A DNA stretch of 64,000 nt. Origin: Flavobacteriales bacterium (GTDB lineage: Bacteria; Bacteroidota; Bacteroidia; Flavobacteriales; Flavobacteriaceae). The stretch spans positions 14,788-78,787 of the forward strand of contig JALWFE010000096.1 of the NCBI GenBank assembly GCA_027039975.1, written 5' to 3'. The notes beneath the pieces are model-generated. The model was not told the DNA's origin and did no database searches. It saw nothing but the letters and a program-made list of their open reading frames with translations. A program made the position numbers and the translations under genes. This document shows positions 46,331 to 56,730 of this stretch, piece by piece (positions within the stretch are counted from its first letter, which is position 1; the number at the start of each line of letters is the position of its first letter).

Positions 46331-47266
46331 TCAATCATTATTCAATAAATCCATAATTTCATCCAAACGCGGCGTCAAGATAACTTCAATCCGGCGGTTT
46401 TTGGCCCTGCCTTGCGGCGTACTGTTGTCAGCAACAGGAAGATATTTACTGCGTCCGGCAGGAATCAAGCGTTTGGGATCAATATGTTCGTTTTTAAGTA
46501 GTTGACGCACTACCGAAGTGGCCCGTTTTACGGACAAATCCCAATTGTCTTTTATCTGACCTTTGCCGTGATAAGGCACATTATCGGTATGACCTTCTAT
46601 CATCACTTCCACATCGGGATTGATAGAAAGAATATTGGCTATGGTTTTAATAGCATCACGACCACCGGGTTTGATTTTCCAACTTCCCGAATCAAATAGT
46701 AATTTATTTTCCATTGAAATATAAATTTTGCCGTTTTTACGGGTCACTTTTAAGCCTTGATTTTTAAATTTATCCAAGGCTCTGGTCAATGAACCTTTCA
46801 AGTTGTTGAGTTTCGCATCTTTTTTGGCAATTAAATCTTCCAGATGCTTTATTTTTTTGATTTGTTCATCCAATTCGGCTCTTTCTTTGGCCAATTCTTT
46901 TTGTTTTTGGTTTAATTGTTCAAGTAATTCTTGATTTTTTTTGGCTTCATAAGCCAGTGTTTGACTACTGCTTTTTGATAAAGCATCATAACTGGCTTTT
47001 AATTTTTTGTAAGTATTTTCTTTGGCTTGGTACAGCTTGTTCAATGTACTGTATTTATTTTGTAAATTATCATATTGAATTTGCAACCTTTCCAGCGTCG
47101 ATAGACATTTTAATTGATTATTGGATAGAGAATCCAATTGGTCTTTAAGTTCAACATTTTCACTACGCATTTTGATGTATTTATCATCTAATTCTTTATA
47201 TTTTTTTGAACTGACACAGGATGATAAAACAGACAAAATAATCAGAAATACAACTATTTTTTTCAT
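46331..47266 (-). CDS. OmpA-family lipoprotein with a long N-terminal coiled coil
   Basis: Lipobox LSSC, ~170 aa of heptad-rich sequence, then an OmpA_C-like domain (GHTDNVP ... NRRIEV). Confidence 0.82.
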   Translation of the reverse strand: MKKIVVFLIILSVLSSCVSSKKYKELDDKYIKMRSENVELKDQLDSLSNNQLKCLSTLERLQIQYDNLQNKYSTLNKLYQAKENTYKKLKASYDALSKSSSQTLAYEAKKNQELLEQLNQKQKELAKERAELDEQIKKIKHLEDLIAKKDAKLNNLKGSLTRALDKFKNQGLKVTRKNGKIYISMENKLLFDSGSWKIKPGGRDAIKTIANILSINPDVEVMIEGHTDNVPYHGKGQIKDNWDLSVKRATSVVRQLLKNEHIDPKRLIPAGRSKYLPVADNSTPQGRAKNRRIEVILTPRLDEIMDLLNND

Positions 47267-47372
47267 AAGAATAATTTCTTTTTAAATATTAAATTTATTA
47301 TATTAACTTTTTCTAAGGTTAAATATTGTATGCCCCAAAGATAATAAGATTTATCAAAAAGATGAACTGATA

Positions 47373-47849
47373 TTAAACGGGAAAAACAGGAAAATCCGTG
47401 AGACAATATTCCACATTGATATTAAAAAATTTAACCGGATATTTTACGTTGAACAAACGTTGCAGGTCTTCAATATTTAAATTTTCTTCTTCGGGAATCA
47501 TTAAAATATAACCGGCGAATTTTACTTTTGTAAACAAAAAGTAAGTTTCATGGGTGTCAAATAAAGAATCTGGGTGGGGTAAAGCATGCCGGATTTTATT
47601 GTTGATTAAACGAATTTTGTTGCCGGCAGGATTTTCCGGTGTAGCATAATTTTCAAAATAAATTTGTTGATTATTTCTTATAACTTCAATATCCGGTTGC
47701 AATTGAAGGTTCCAGTGAAACAAGCGGTTAAAATCAAAAGCCAGTTTATATACAGGTTGTCCGGTTTGTATACCTATCATCACATAACCGGGGAGTAAGG
47801 GAGAATCATCTGATTTTAGAATGTGTCTGATTTCATTCTTTTTTGCCAT
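47373..47849 (-). CDS. conserved hypothetical protein downstream of rnc (possibly IPExxxVDY family)
   Basis: 158 aa. Overlaps the end of rnc by 17 nt. Contains MIPEEENLNIED, a degenerate match to the IPExxxVDY motif as I recall it. Confidence 0.4.
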   Translation of the reverse strand: MAKKNEIRHILKSDDSPLLPGYVMIGIQTGQPVYKLAFDFNRLFHWNLQLQPDIEVIRNNQQIYFENYATPENPAGNKIRLINNKIRHALPHPDSLFDTHETYFLFTKVKFAGYILMIPEEENLNIEDLQRLFNVKYPVKFFNINVEYCLTDFPVFPV

Positions 47850-48579
47850 TTTTTTCAGGTTGAATAATGTAATAAGCCCGCCGCGCTGCTATTTCTTCGG
47901 CTTTTTTCTTGCTGGACGAACGGCCGTGACTAACTTTTTTATTGTTTAAAACAAAGTTAACACGAAAATAATTATTTTTACCGTTATTGCTGTCGTTATA
48001 GGCTACAAATTCCAAATCTTTGTGATTTTTTTGTGCCCATTCAACCATAAAACTTTTATAACTATTGATTTTTTTTTCGAGTTTTACCAAGTCGATATGT
48101 GAATCTATCATACTGGAATAGATAAATTTTTTGGCACCTTCATAACCTTTATCCAAAAAAATAGCACCGACCAAAGCTTCATATAAATTTCCTGAGATAT
48201 CGTGTCCCATTTGCCGTTCGCTTAATTTGATATCCAAAAGTTTGGTAATATTTAATTTTTGTCCTAATTCGTTTAGATGTTTCCGGTTAACGATTTTGGA
48301 ACGCATGACGGTCAATTCACCTTCCGTTGCATAAGGTAATTCTTTAAACAAAAAGACAGATACAACGGCTTCAATGATAGCATCTCCGAGAAATTCCAAA
48401 CGTTCAAAATTTATTTTCCGGCCGTTTTCATCTTTCAGTCTTTTGGCTTTATGGGTAAAAGCTTCTTGATAAAAAGATAAATTTTGAGGTTTGAAAGGCA
48501 ATATTTTTTCCAGTTGCCGGTGCAGATTGTTGTTACCGGCAAGTTTATTAAACTTAAAGATTTTATTTAAAAAGCGCAA
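47833..48579 (-). CDS. rnc: ribonuclease III
   Basis: RNase III signature ERLEFLGDAI and a C-terminal dsRBD (SKKKAEEIAARRA). Apparent TTG start. Confidence 0.92.
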   Translation of the reverse strand: MRFLNKIFKFNKLAGNNNLHRQLEKILPFKPQNLSFYQEAFTHKAKRLKDENGRKINFERLEFLGDAIIEAVVSVFLFKELPYATEGELTVMRSKIVNRKHLNELGQKLNITKLLDIKLSERQMGHDISGNLYEALVGAIFLDKGYEGAKKFIYSSMIDSHIDLVKLEKKINSYKSFMVEWAQKNHKDLEFVAYNDSNNGKNNYFRVNFVLNNKKVSHGRSSSKKKAEEIAARRAYYIIQPEKNGKKE

Positions 48580-48587
48580 AGCTAAAT

Positions 48588-49835
48588 TTAATATTTTCCG
48601 AAAATAATTGAAGCATTATGTCCTCCGAACCCGAATGTATTACTGATAGCAGTGTTAATATCCCGTTTTTGGGCTTTGTTAAAAGTTAAGTTGAGTTTGG
48701 GATCAATTTCAGGGTCATCCGTAAAATGGTTAATGGTAGGAGGAATAATACCGTTGTTGATAGCCAATATGGATGCAATGGCTTCAATAGCTCCGGCAGC
48801 GCCCAGCAAATGACCGGTCATGGATTTGGTACTGCTGATATTGAGTTTATAGGCATGGTCGCCGAAGACTTCTTTGATAGCTTTAATTTCGGAGATATCA
48901 CCAAGCGGTGTGGAAGTGCCGTGGACGTTAATATAGTCAATAGCTGAGGCTTGCAAATTGGCATCATTTAAAGCATTTTTCATAACTAGAGCTGCCCCTT
49001 TGCCATCGGGATGCGGCGCAGTCATATGGTATGCGTCGGCGGACATACCGACACCGAGAATCTCGGCATATATTTTAGCACCGCGTTCTTTGGCATGTTC
49101 CAAAGTTTCCAAAACGAGTGCACCGCTGCCTTCACCAATTACAAAACCGTCTCTGTCTTTATCAAAAGGTCTTGATGCGGTTTTATAATCATCATTACGG
49201 GTTGACAGGGCTCTTAAAGCATTAAAACCTCCGACACCGGCATTGGTAATAGCTGCTTCGGCACCTCCCGTTATCATCACGTCGGCCATACCGAGACGTA
49301 AAATGTTAAAAGCGTCAATAATAGCATTAGAAGAAGTAGCACAAGCGGATACCGTAGCGTAGTTAGGACCGTAAAATTTGTTTTCGATGGAAATAAGCCC
49401 GGCGGCCATATCCGAAATCATTTTAGGAATGAAGAAAGGACTAAAACGGGGCGTTCCATCACCTAAAACAAAATTACGAACTTCATCTTCATAAGTTTGC
49501 AAACCACCGATACCGGAGCCAAAAATGACTCCGGCTCTATCGCGGTTTAGTTTTTCATCATCAAATTCGGCATCTTTTATCGCCTCACGCGCTGCAATCA
49601 AAGCAAATTGCGCATACAAATCCATTTTACGCACTTCTTTGCGGTCGAAATAATCAGCCGGATTGAAATTTTTTACTTCGCAAGCAAAACGGGTTTTGAA
49701 TTTAGAAGCATCAATACGTGTAATAGGTACAGCACCACTGACACCATCAATCAAACCTTGCCAGTAAGATGGTACATCATTCCCTAAAGGTGTTAATGCT
49801 CCTAAACCCGTGACAACAACCCGTTTTGTTTCCAT
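48588..49835 (-). CDS. fabF: beta-ketoacyl-ACP synthase II
   Basis: Active-site ACATS, HGTSTP and GHLLGAAG motifs; 415 aa. Confidence 0.96.
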   Translation of the reverse strand: METKRVVVTGLGALTPLGNDVPSYWQGLIDGVSGAVPITRIDASKFKTRFACEVKNFNPADYFDRKEVRKMDLYAQFALIAAREAIKDAEFDDEKLNRDRAGVIFGSGIGGLQTYEDEVRNFVLGDGTPRFSPFFIPKMISDMAAGLISIENKFYGPNYATVSACATSSNAIIDAFNILRLGMADVMITGGAEAAITNAGVGGFNALRALSTRNDDYKTASRPFDKDRDGFVIGEGSGALVLETLEHAKERGAKIYAEILGVGMSADAYHMTAPHPDGKGAALVMKNALNDANLQASAIDYINVHGTSTPLGDISEIKAIKEVFGDHAYKLNISSTKSMTGHLLGAAGAIEAIASILAINNGIIPPTINHFTDDPEIDPKLNLTFNKAQKRDINTAISNTFGFGGHNASIIFGKY

Positions 49836-49844
49836 AAGTTTTTT

Positions 49845-50081
49845 TTAACTTAGAGCTTCTTCAATGTATTTGATTGCTTGACCTACAGTTTGGATTTGTT
49901 CAGCTTGATCATCCGGAATTTGAATATTGAATTCTTTTTCAAAATCCATTATTAATTCTACTGTGTCAAGTGAATCAGCCCCAAGGTCAGTTGTAAAATT
50001 AGCTTCGGGGGTTACATCATTTTCGTCAACGTCCAATTTGTTAACGATAATTGCTTTTACTCTTGATGCAATGTCAGACAT
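49845..50081 (-). CDS. acpP: acyl carrier protein
   Basis: [13 protein letters not shown] phosphopantetheine-attachment motif. ATG at 50081 gives 78 aa. Confidence 0.96.
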   Translation of the reverse strand: MSDIASRVKAIIVNKLDVDENDVTPEANFTTDLGADSLDTVELIMDFEKEFNIQIPDDQAEQIQTVGQAIKYIEEALS

Positions 50082-50338
50082 AATACTTATTTTTAAATGA
50101 TTATTGTTCGGCAAAAATAAAAAACTTTGTAAATATACAAGTTTTTTTGAACATTTTTTTCGTTATTAACCGAAATCAACCCTAAATATTTGGTTTATAC
50201 ATTATATGTTATTTTATTAAAATAATCAACTTAACATTCAGGGAAACCGAACTTTCAACTTTATTTATACTTTTTTATGTAAATTAGCGTTTTATTAAAT
50301 CAGGGTTATTCTTATCCGCCGGATTAAAATTAGATATA

Positions 50339-52882
50339 ATGAACAAAAAATTTTTTGTTATTTTTTTGAGAACATTTGTTTTAGTCATTGTTTTAATACG
50401 TTGTTCTACACAACGCAATAATTTTATTAACAGAAATTTACACGAACTTTCTACTAAATATAACGTTCTTTTTAACGGCGAAGAGGCTTTAAATGAAGAA
50501 GTTAAAAGAATTCATGAGACTTTTCACGACAATTTTTTCGAGCTTTTACCCGTTGAGCGTTTTAATGCCGAATACGTGATTAGTTTACCCGGTCAAAATA
50601 CCGGTAATTCCAATCTGGAACGTGCCGAAGAAAAAGCGGTAAAAGCCATCCAAAAGCATTCGATGGAAATACGAGGCGTCCAAGAAAATAATCAAATTGA
50701 TAAGGCTTATTTACTTTTGGGTAAAAGCCGTTATTATCAAAAACGGTTTATGGCGGCGCTAGATGCTTTTAATTATGAATTGGATAACGATTTTAAATCG
50801 GATATCCGTCCGTTATTTAAGTTGTGGCGTGAAAAAGCCAATATCCGTATGGAAAATTACGGACCGGCTATCCGCAATTTGGAATTTTTAGCCCGGCAAA
50901 AATCCACACCGCAAGAGATAAAATCAGAAGCTTATGCATATGCCGGACAAGCCCTGATCAATATGGACAGTTTGCAACCGGCCGCTATCAACTTGCAAAA
51001 AGCCGCCTTTCTGGCAAAAGATAAAGAAAAAAAAGCCCGTTATTATTTTATTACGGCACAATTGTTGGAAAAATTAAAATTACGAGATTCGGCCGTTGCT
51101 CTTTTAAAACATATAGAAGAACAAAAACGTCCTCGTAAATACAGAATTCAAGCCGAATTGTTCCGTTATCATTTGTCGCTCGACAAAAAAGAGCAACATC
51201 CGGAGATGCTAAAATCTCTTTATACCAAGCTTAAACGGTATGAATTTCATAAATTTTATCCTTATATCAATTACGAAATTGGTGAAATCTTTCATTCCGA
51301 AGATAGTTTGAAACAAGCTATGATTTATTATACCAAAGCCGCCCGCTCTAATGATAAGTATCTCAAAGAAAAAGCTTATGAGCAAATGTCAAAAATCGGT
51401 TTTCAAAAGAAAGACTATTTGATGGCCGGTGCCTATTTGGACAGTTTACTGCAAGTAATGCCCAAAGAAACCTTAAAATACTTAAAAACCCGGCACAAAC
51501 GCAAGAATATCGATGATATCATTGTTTTGGAAAAACTAATCAAACGTAACGATAGTATAATGAAACTGGTGCGTGCCGACAGTTTGACACGTGTCAAAAT
51601 GATACAAGATTATATAGACAAATTGCGTCAAAAAGAGGCCGAAGAAGCACAAAAACAATCCGAACAAACGGATTTTTCACAAGTCACCCCCAAATACACG
51701 AGCTTTTATTTTTATAACAATGCTTTGGTAGAAAAAGGTAAAGCTTACTTTGAAAAAACTTGGGGCAAAATCAAATTGGCTGATATGTGGCGTTTGAAAA
51801 ACAAAATGAGTGTGGATGATGAAGAATTGTCTGATGATGAAAACAGTGATGATGACGACCAAGTAAATGAAGATGATAATCAGCCCGAAAAAAATATGCC
51901 CGAAAAATATAAGGTGAGTTTTTACTATAAAAAAATTCCTTCCGATCCGGAAAAAATCGACAGCATACTCGGTGATTTGAATTATGCCCATTATCAAGTA
52001 GGAATGATTTATTATGAAAAATTCAAAGAACTTAAAAAAGCTAAGGAACATCTCGAAACGATGCTCAATTCCAATCCCAAACCCGAATTGATACCGGTGG
52101 CCAAATACAATTTGTATAAAATTTACAAGGATATGGGCAAAACTTTGCTTGCCGAACATTTGGCACAAGAAATAGTTGATAAATATCCCGGAAGTATTTA
52201 TGCCGAATTGATAAAAAATCCGGACAAAATTTCCGAGCGTTCCAATAAAGAATTTCAACAAGCTTATAAAAAATTATACAAACTCTATGAAGCTCAAAAA
52301 TATGACAGTTTGTTAAAGGCTTCCGCACCTTTGTTGGTCAAATTTAATTTTCATCCCGAACTGGGGAAAATAGAATTGTTGCGTGCTACGGCAATTGCCC
52401 GAAGCCAAGGATTGGCCGCTTATGAAAAAGCTTTGCAAAATATTATTTTGAAATATCCGAAAAGTCCTTATGAAATTGAAGCCAAAAAACGGATGGAGTT
52501 GGTCAATAAATACAAGAAAAAAACTTATACGGATAAAAAAAGTGATTCTTATAAATTGGTTATTCCTTATGATATTTTTAACCCGTCGGTTGATAATTTT
52601 ACAGGTTGTATCGAAAAATTGATAGAAGAAACCAAAAGTACCCATCTTCATATTTCTAAAGATCCCTTTACAGCCGGGCAATCATTTGTGGTAATACACA
52701 ATTTTTTCAGCGAACAATCTGCCGGTTATTTTGCCGATTTGCTTCAAAAAAAACCTTGTAAGCCTTATGATTATTTTGTAATTTCGTCGGACAATTATTT
52801 GATACTTCAGCTTACAAAGAAATTAAAAGAATATAAGGAGTTTTTAAATAAAAAGAAAGGTAACAAATCAAACGAAAAATAA
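50339..52882 (+). CDS. sprE: large TPR-containing lipoprotein, SprE/PorW-like T9SS component
   Basis: Lipobox-like LIRCS followed by NFINRNLHELSTKYNVLFNGEEAL, TPR-like repeats throughout and an acidic linker (DDEELSDDENSDDDDQVNEDDN). The 847-aa size matches my recollection of SprE/PorW. Confidence 0.55.
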   Translation: MNKKFFVIFLRTFVLVIVLIRCSTQRNNFINRNLHELSTKYNVLFNGEEALNEEVKRIHETFHDNFFELLPVERFNAEYVISLPGQNTGNSNLERAEEKAVKAIQKHSMEIRGVQENNQIDKAYLLLGKSRYYQKRFMAALDAFNYELDNDFKSDIRPLFKLWREKANIRMENYGPAIRNLEFLARQKSTPQEIKSEAYAYAGQALINMDSLQPAAINLQKAAFLAKDKEKKARYYFITAQLLEKLKLRDSAVALLKHIEEQKRPRKYRIQAELFRYHLSLDKKEQHPEMLKSLYTKLKRYEFHKFYPYINYEIGEIFHSEDSLKQAMIYYTKAARSNDKYLKEKAYEQMSKIGFQKKDYLMAGAYLDSLLQVMPKETLKYLKTRHKRKNIDDIIVLEKLIKRNDSIMKLVRADSLTRVKMIQDYIDKLRQKEAEEAQKQSEQTDFSQVTPKYTSFYFYNNALVEKGKAYFEKTWGKIKLADMWRLKNKMSVDDEELSDDENSDDDDQVNEDDNQPEKNMPEKYKVSFYYKKIPSDPEKIDSILGDLNYAHYQVGMIYYEKFKELKKAKEHLETMLNSNPKPELIPVAKYNLYKIYKDMGKTLLAEHLAQEIVDKYPGSIYAELIKNPDKISERSNKEFQQAYKKLYKLYEAQKYDSLLKASAPLLVKFNFHPELGKIELLRATAIARSQGLAAYEKALQNIILKYPKSPYEIEAKKRMELVNKYKKKTYTDKKSDSYKLVIPYDIFNPSVDNFTGCIEKLIEETKSTHLHISKDPFTAGQSFVVIHNFFSEQSAGYFADLLQKKPCKPYDYFVISSDNYLILQLTKKLKEYKEFLNKKKGNKSNEK

Positions 52883-52889
52883 CACAAAT

Positions 52890-53279
52890 ATGTTTTCAGA
52901 TAAGAAAAAAAACACATCAGAGACTACCAAATTACCTAATTACATAGGTGTAAATACCAAAATAAAAGGTGATATCAATTCAAAAGAAGATTTTAGAATT
53001 GACGGTCATTTTGAAGGTAATTTGACAACTACCGGCAAAATTGTTCTCGGTGAAAAAGGTATCTTGGACGGCAATATAAAATGCGGTAATGCCGAAATTT
53101 TAGGAAAAGTTTCAGGTGATTTGGTTGTAGATAATCTTTTAAGTCTTAAAGCAACGGCAAAGGTAGACGGAAATGTTGTAATAGGAAAATTGGCTATTGA
53201 ACCGGGTGCATTTTTTAATGCCACTTGTCAAATGAAAAATGCTCAACCTGTGAAAAATGCCTCTTCCAAAACCAAATAA
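52890..53279 (+). CDS. bactofilin family polymer-forming protein
   Basis: IKGDINSKEDFRIDGHFEGNLTTTGKIVLGEKGILDGNIKCGNAEILGKVSGDL is the characteristic DUF583 beta-helical repeat. Confidence 0.85.
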   Translation: MFSDKKKNTSETTKLPNYIGVNTKIKGDINSKEDFRIDGHFEGNLTTTGKIVLGEKGILDGNIKCGNAEILGKVSGDLVVDNLLSLKATAKVDGNVVIGKLAIEPGAFFNATCQMKNAQPVKNASSKTK

Positions 53280-53475
53280 TACCCGTAAATTCTTACAATT
53301 TACATCCATTCCGTTTGAAATGTTTCTTATTATTTTCGGCGGGTATAAATTGGGGGTTTGGTTGGATATAACATATCCGAACAAACAAAATCTCTACCTG
53401 ATTATTTCAACTCTGTCGGCTGTTTTTATTGCAATGTTTTATATTATGTGGCGGGTTAAAAAGTTATTAAAATGA
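53257..53475 (+). CDS. AtpZ/AtpI-like small membrane protein
   Basis: 72 aa, two TM segments. FLQFTSIPFEMFLIIFGGYKLGVWLD resembles the AtpZ/AtpI family. Confidence 0.6.
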   Translation: MPLPKPNNTRKFLQFTSIPFEMFLIIFGGYKLGVWLDITYPNKQNLYLIISTLSAVFIAMFYIMWRVKKLLK

Positions 53476-53888
53476 AATTGAAACGGTATTATTTATTTTT
53501 TTCGGCAATTATTCTCTTTGTCGTTACATACTTTTTGAATTATCTGTTTATTGAAATTTTTTGTGTTAAAAATACCGCTTTTGTATGGCAATTTTATTAT
53601 TTTATTTCCGGATTAACTGCCGTTATGCTAGGAACATTAGTTTTAATGTTTTTCTTTAACAATCGCTATGTTGGTCATACCTTTATAGCGTGGACAATGA
53701 TAAAATTGATGGCGGTTATGGCTTATTTTTTGATGTTTGTGTTTGATAAAAATATTGTTTTGACAGATAATGTTATTTACAATATCATCAGTTTGTATTT
53801 GATGTATTTGATTTATGAAGTTTTTTTTACGGTTTCATTGATAAAAAAAAACTTATTAAATTATATTCCGGCAGGACACTTGATGTAA
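53472..53888 (+). CDS. hypothetical 4-TM membrane protein
   Basis: 138 aa, four hydrophobic segments. 4-nt overlap with the upstream AtpZ-like gene. No recognisable motif. Confidence 0.55.
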   Translation: MKLKRYYLFFSAIILFVVTYFLNYLFIEIFCVKNTAFVWQFYYFISGLTAVMLGTLVLMFFFNNRYVGHTFIAWTMIKLMAVMAYFLMFVFDKNIVLTDNVIYNIISLYLMYLIYEVFFTVSLIKKNLLNYIPAGHLM

Positions 53889-53916
53889 AAACGGGATGCA
53901 GTGAAAAGAGTAAAAA

Positions 53917-54972
53917 TTAAACAAAATCATAAATTACATCGTGAGGAATTTTTGAAAAGAATGTTTGTTTTAATTCTTTTGCAATATTTCCGGGATACAA
54001 GACATGCACATTAGCCCCGGCATCGAGTGTAAAACAGACCGGTAATTTTTTATTGTTTCTGATTTCCCTTATTAAATGTATAATCTTTAAAGTATCCGGT
54101 TGCATCAAAATATAATTGGGTTCGGAAGTCATCATTAAGGCGTGCAAACTCAAAGCTTCGGCTTCGGTGAGTTTGATAAAATTTTTCAAATCACCGGTTT
54201 TCAGGTATTCCGTCATTTGCAAAATACGGTCAAAAGCCTGCCGTTTTCGGATGTCTTTAAAAGGGTGGTTTTCCATTAATTTGTGTCCGGCTGTACTGGA
54301 AACTTTTTTTTGTCCTTTTTCTACCAACACAATACTGTCTCTGAAATTTTGAAAAACCGGATGTAATTCGAAATCCGGAACAACGGCATACAGGTCGGAA
54401 CTATTTTTTATTTGCGGGTGGTGTCCCCAAATCATCACGGGATGCGCTGTGCTGCGAGCGGCACTTCCCGAACCGAGACGGGCTAAAAAAGAAACTTTTT
54501 TATCGTAATATTTTTCGGTTTGTTGCGGATATAATTGTTTTTCCAGTTTTATAATAATTTTTGCCAAAGCGGCAAAACCGCTGGCGGATGATGCGATACC
54601 GCTTGAATGTGGAAAAGAGTTATTGCTGTATATTTTCCATTGATAATCCGTAACAAAAGGCGCATAATTTTTAATTTTTTTAAAAAAAGCGGCAATTTTA
54701 GGTTCAAAATCCGGACGGTGTGTCCCTTCAAAATAAAATTTGAATGAAACTTCTCCTCCCGGGCGCTCCAACGGAGTCAATAAAGCGGTTGTTTGGGTCC
54801 GGCTTTTATTCAAAGTAAAACTTATGGAAGGATTTATAGGTAATTGTTCCCCGTGTTTGCCCCAATATTTGACCAGAGCGATATTGGAAGGCGCTGATGC
54901 TTTGATTTCCGTATCACCTGATAATTGTTTTGAAGGGTGTTTTAGTGAAAAATCTTGTCCGGTAAATTGCAT
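53917..54972 (-). CDS. mvaD: diphosphomevalonate decarboxylase
   Basis: APSNIALVKYWGKH N-terminal motif and GHMP-kinase ATP motif (SSGIASSASGFAAL). Confidence 0.88.
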   Translation of the reverse strand: MQFTGQDFSLKHPSKQLSGDTEIKASAPSNIALVKYWGKHGEQLPINPSISFTLNKSRTQTTALLTPLERPGGEVSFKFYFEGTHRPDFEPKIAAFFKKIKNYAPFVTDYQWKIYSNNSFPHSSGIASSASGFAALAKIIIKLEKQLYPQQTEKYYDKKVSFLARLGSGSAARSTAHPVMIWGHHPQIKNSSDLYAVVPDFELHPVFQNFRDSIVLVEKGQKKVSSTAGHKLMENHPFKDIRKRQAFDRILQMTEYLKTGDLKNFIKLTEAEALSLHALMMTSEPNYILMQPDTLKIIHLIREIRNNKKLPVCFTLDAGANVHVLYPGNIAKELKQTFFSKIPHDVIYDFV

Positions 54973-54981
54973 ATTATGAGT

Positions 54982-56697
54982 CTAAAAATTTAAATCCGGA
55001 TTAACCGGTTGGATATCTTTTATGTGTAATTGCAGACTGACTTTGTTATTCCAATTGTTTTCTTCCACTGTGTATGCTATTTTTAAAGGCACGCCGGATT
55101 GAACTAATTTGGCTTTGTCTCCCATATTAAAAGCTATTCCCTGCATAATAATTCCTGATTTTAATTCGCGTAATGATACTTTGAGGTGATTGCCGTCTTT
55201 GCCGACAATTCTGCTGTATCCGGTATCATTAACACCTTTTGTTACAAAAACCGGTTTCATATTTCCCGGTCCGAATGGTGCCATTTGTCTGATGATATTG
55301 TAAAATTTGCGTGTAATATCTTTAAAAGTCAAATCCGTATCGATAACTATTTCCGGTATTTTTGACGATTCGGTGATTGTGTTTTTTACAACTTCTTCAA
55401 ATTTTGCTTTGAATTTTTCAAAATTTTCTGGTGCTATGGTCAAACCGGCGGCATATTTGTGTCCACCGAATTGTATGATGTAATCTCGGCAAGCATCCAG
55501 TGCATCATAAACATTAAAACCGGGGACAGAACGGACAGAACCCGAAATGACACCGTTTGATTCAGTGCATACGATTGTAGGTCTGTAATAAGTTTCTATC
55601 AAACGGCTGGCTACGATTCCGATAACTCCTTTATGCCAATCGGGATGATAAACAACCGTAGAAAAACGTTTTTCTTCATTGTGTTCTTTTATTTGAATGA
55701 GGGCTTCATCGGTGATTCTTTGGTCATATCCGCGTCGTTTTTCGTTGTATAATTCTATTTCGTCGGCAAAACGGTTGGCGACTGCCAAATCTTTTTCCAC
55801 CAATAATTTAACGGCTTCTTTGCCGTGTTTGATTCGTCCGGCGGCATTGATACGGGGTGCCAGCGTAAAGACCAAATCGCTGATATCAAGGGATTTCTCT
55901 TTTTTGGTACGGGATAAAGCCCGTAAACCGGCACGTGGATTTTTTTCAATTTGCTTTAATCCGTAATAAGCCATAATCCGGTTTTCTCCCGTAATAGGAA
56001 CAATATCGGCGCCGATACTGACCGCTACCAAGTCCAGATAATGAATAATATCGTCCAGAGGCAATTGTTTTTTTTGTTGTAAAGCTTGTATCAATTTAAA
56101 ACCGATACCGGCACCACTCAGTTCCTTATAAGGATACGGACAATCGGGTTGTTTGGGGTTGAGAAAAGCAAGAGCAGGTGGTAAAACATCTCCGGGAGTA
56201 TGGTGGTCACCGATGATGAAATCAATTCCTTTTTCTTTGGCATAAGTGATTTTATCTCCGGCTTTGGTACCGCAATCCAAAGCGATAATTAATGAAAATC
56301 CGTTTTCAGCCGCATAATCTATGCCTTGAATGGAGACACCGTATCCTTCACTGTAACGGTCGGGGATGTATGTGTCCACTTTGTCGTAAAAATCGCTTAA
56401 ATAGGAATAAACAATAGAAACTGCCGTAGTACCGTCCACATCATAATCACCGTAAACCAGTATTTTTTCATTGTTTTGAATGGCTTTTACAATCCGTTCG
56501 ACAGCCTTTGACATACCTTTCATTAAAAACGGGTCGTGCAAATCTTCAATCTCGGGTCTGAAAAAACGTTTCGCTTCTTCAAAATTGCCAATACCCCGTT
56601 GTGCCAATAAATAAGCATTTTTTTCAGGGATATTAAGCTCATTTTGAAGGCGTTTTACAATTTCAAAATCCGGTTCCGGTTTATATTTCCACAGCAT
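54982..56697 (-). CDS. recJ: single-stranded-DNA-specific exonuclease RecJ
   Basis: DHH motifs (VYGDYDVDGTT, DCG, GDHH) and DHHA1 (GGHKYAAG); 571 aa. Confidence 0.95.
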   Translation of the reverse strand: MLWKYKPEPDFEIVKRLQNELNIPEKNAYLLAQRGIGNFEEAKRFFRPEIEDLHDPFLMKGMSKAVERIVKAIQNNEKILVYGDYDVDGTTAVSIVYSYLSDFYDKVDTYIPDRYSEGYGVSIQGIDYAAENGFSLIIALDCGTKAGDKITYAKEKGIDFIIGDHHTPGDVLPPALAFLNPKQPDCPYPYKELSGAGIGFKLIQALQQKKQLPLDDIIHYLDLVAVSIGADIVPITGENRIMAYYGLKQIEKNPRAGLRALSRTKKEKSLDISDLVFTLAPRINAAGRIKHGKEAVKLLVEKDLAVANRFADEIELYNEKRRGYDQRITDEALIQIKEHNEEKRFSTVVYHPDWHKGVIGIVASRLIETYYRPTIVCTESNGVISGSVRSVPGFNVYDALDACRDYIIQFGGHKYAAGLTIAPENFEKFKAKFEEVVKNTITESSKIPEIVIDTDLTFKDITRKFYNIIRQMAPFGPGNMKPVFVTKGVNDTGYSRIVGKDGNHLKVSLRELKSGIIMQGIAFNMGDKAKLVQSGVPLKIAYTVEENNWNNKVSLQLHIKDIQPVNPDLNF

Positions 56698-56722
56698 AAA
56701 ATCGTTTTGTAAATTTTGTTTC

Positions 56723-56730
56723 CAAATTTA
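56723..56730 (-). promoter_or_regulatory. -7 box (TAnnTTTG) upstream of recJ, inside a 10-bp perfect inverted repeat
   Basis: The minus strand reads TAAATTTG, 26 nt upstream of the recJ ATG. Inverted repeat ttgtaaattt-(7 nt)-aaatttacaa spans 56707-56733. Confidence 0.35.

Noticed and set aside
51677-52261. Long antisense ORFs inside well-supported genes. Examples: 51677-52261 in the sprE-like gene, 32386-32982 in the BPL_N-like gene, 6980-7474 in dprA, 14266-14754 in the S8 gene, 37363-37815 in the MMPL gene, and 4830-5213 in folE.
   Set aside because: Each lies opposite a gene with clear family motifs and has low-complexity or F/I/L/K-rich composition typical of antisense frames in AT-rich DNA. 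There are no independent start signals.
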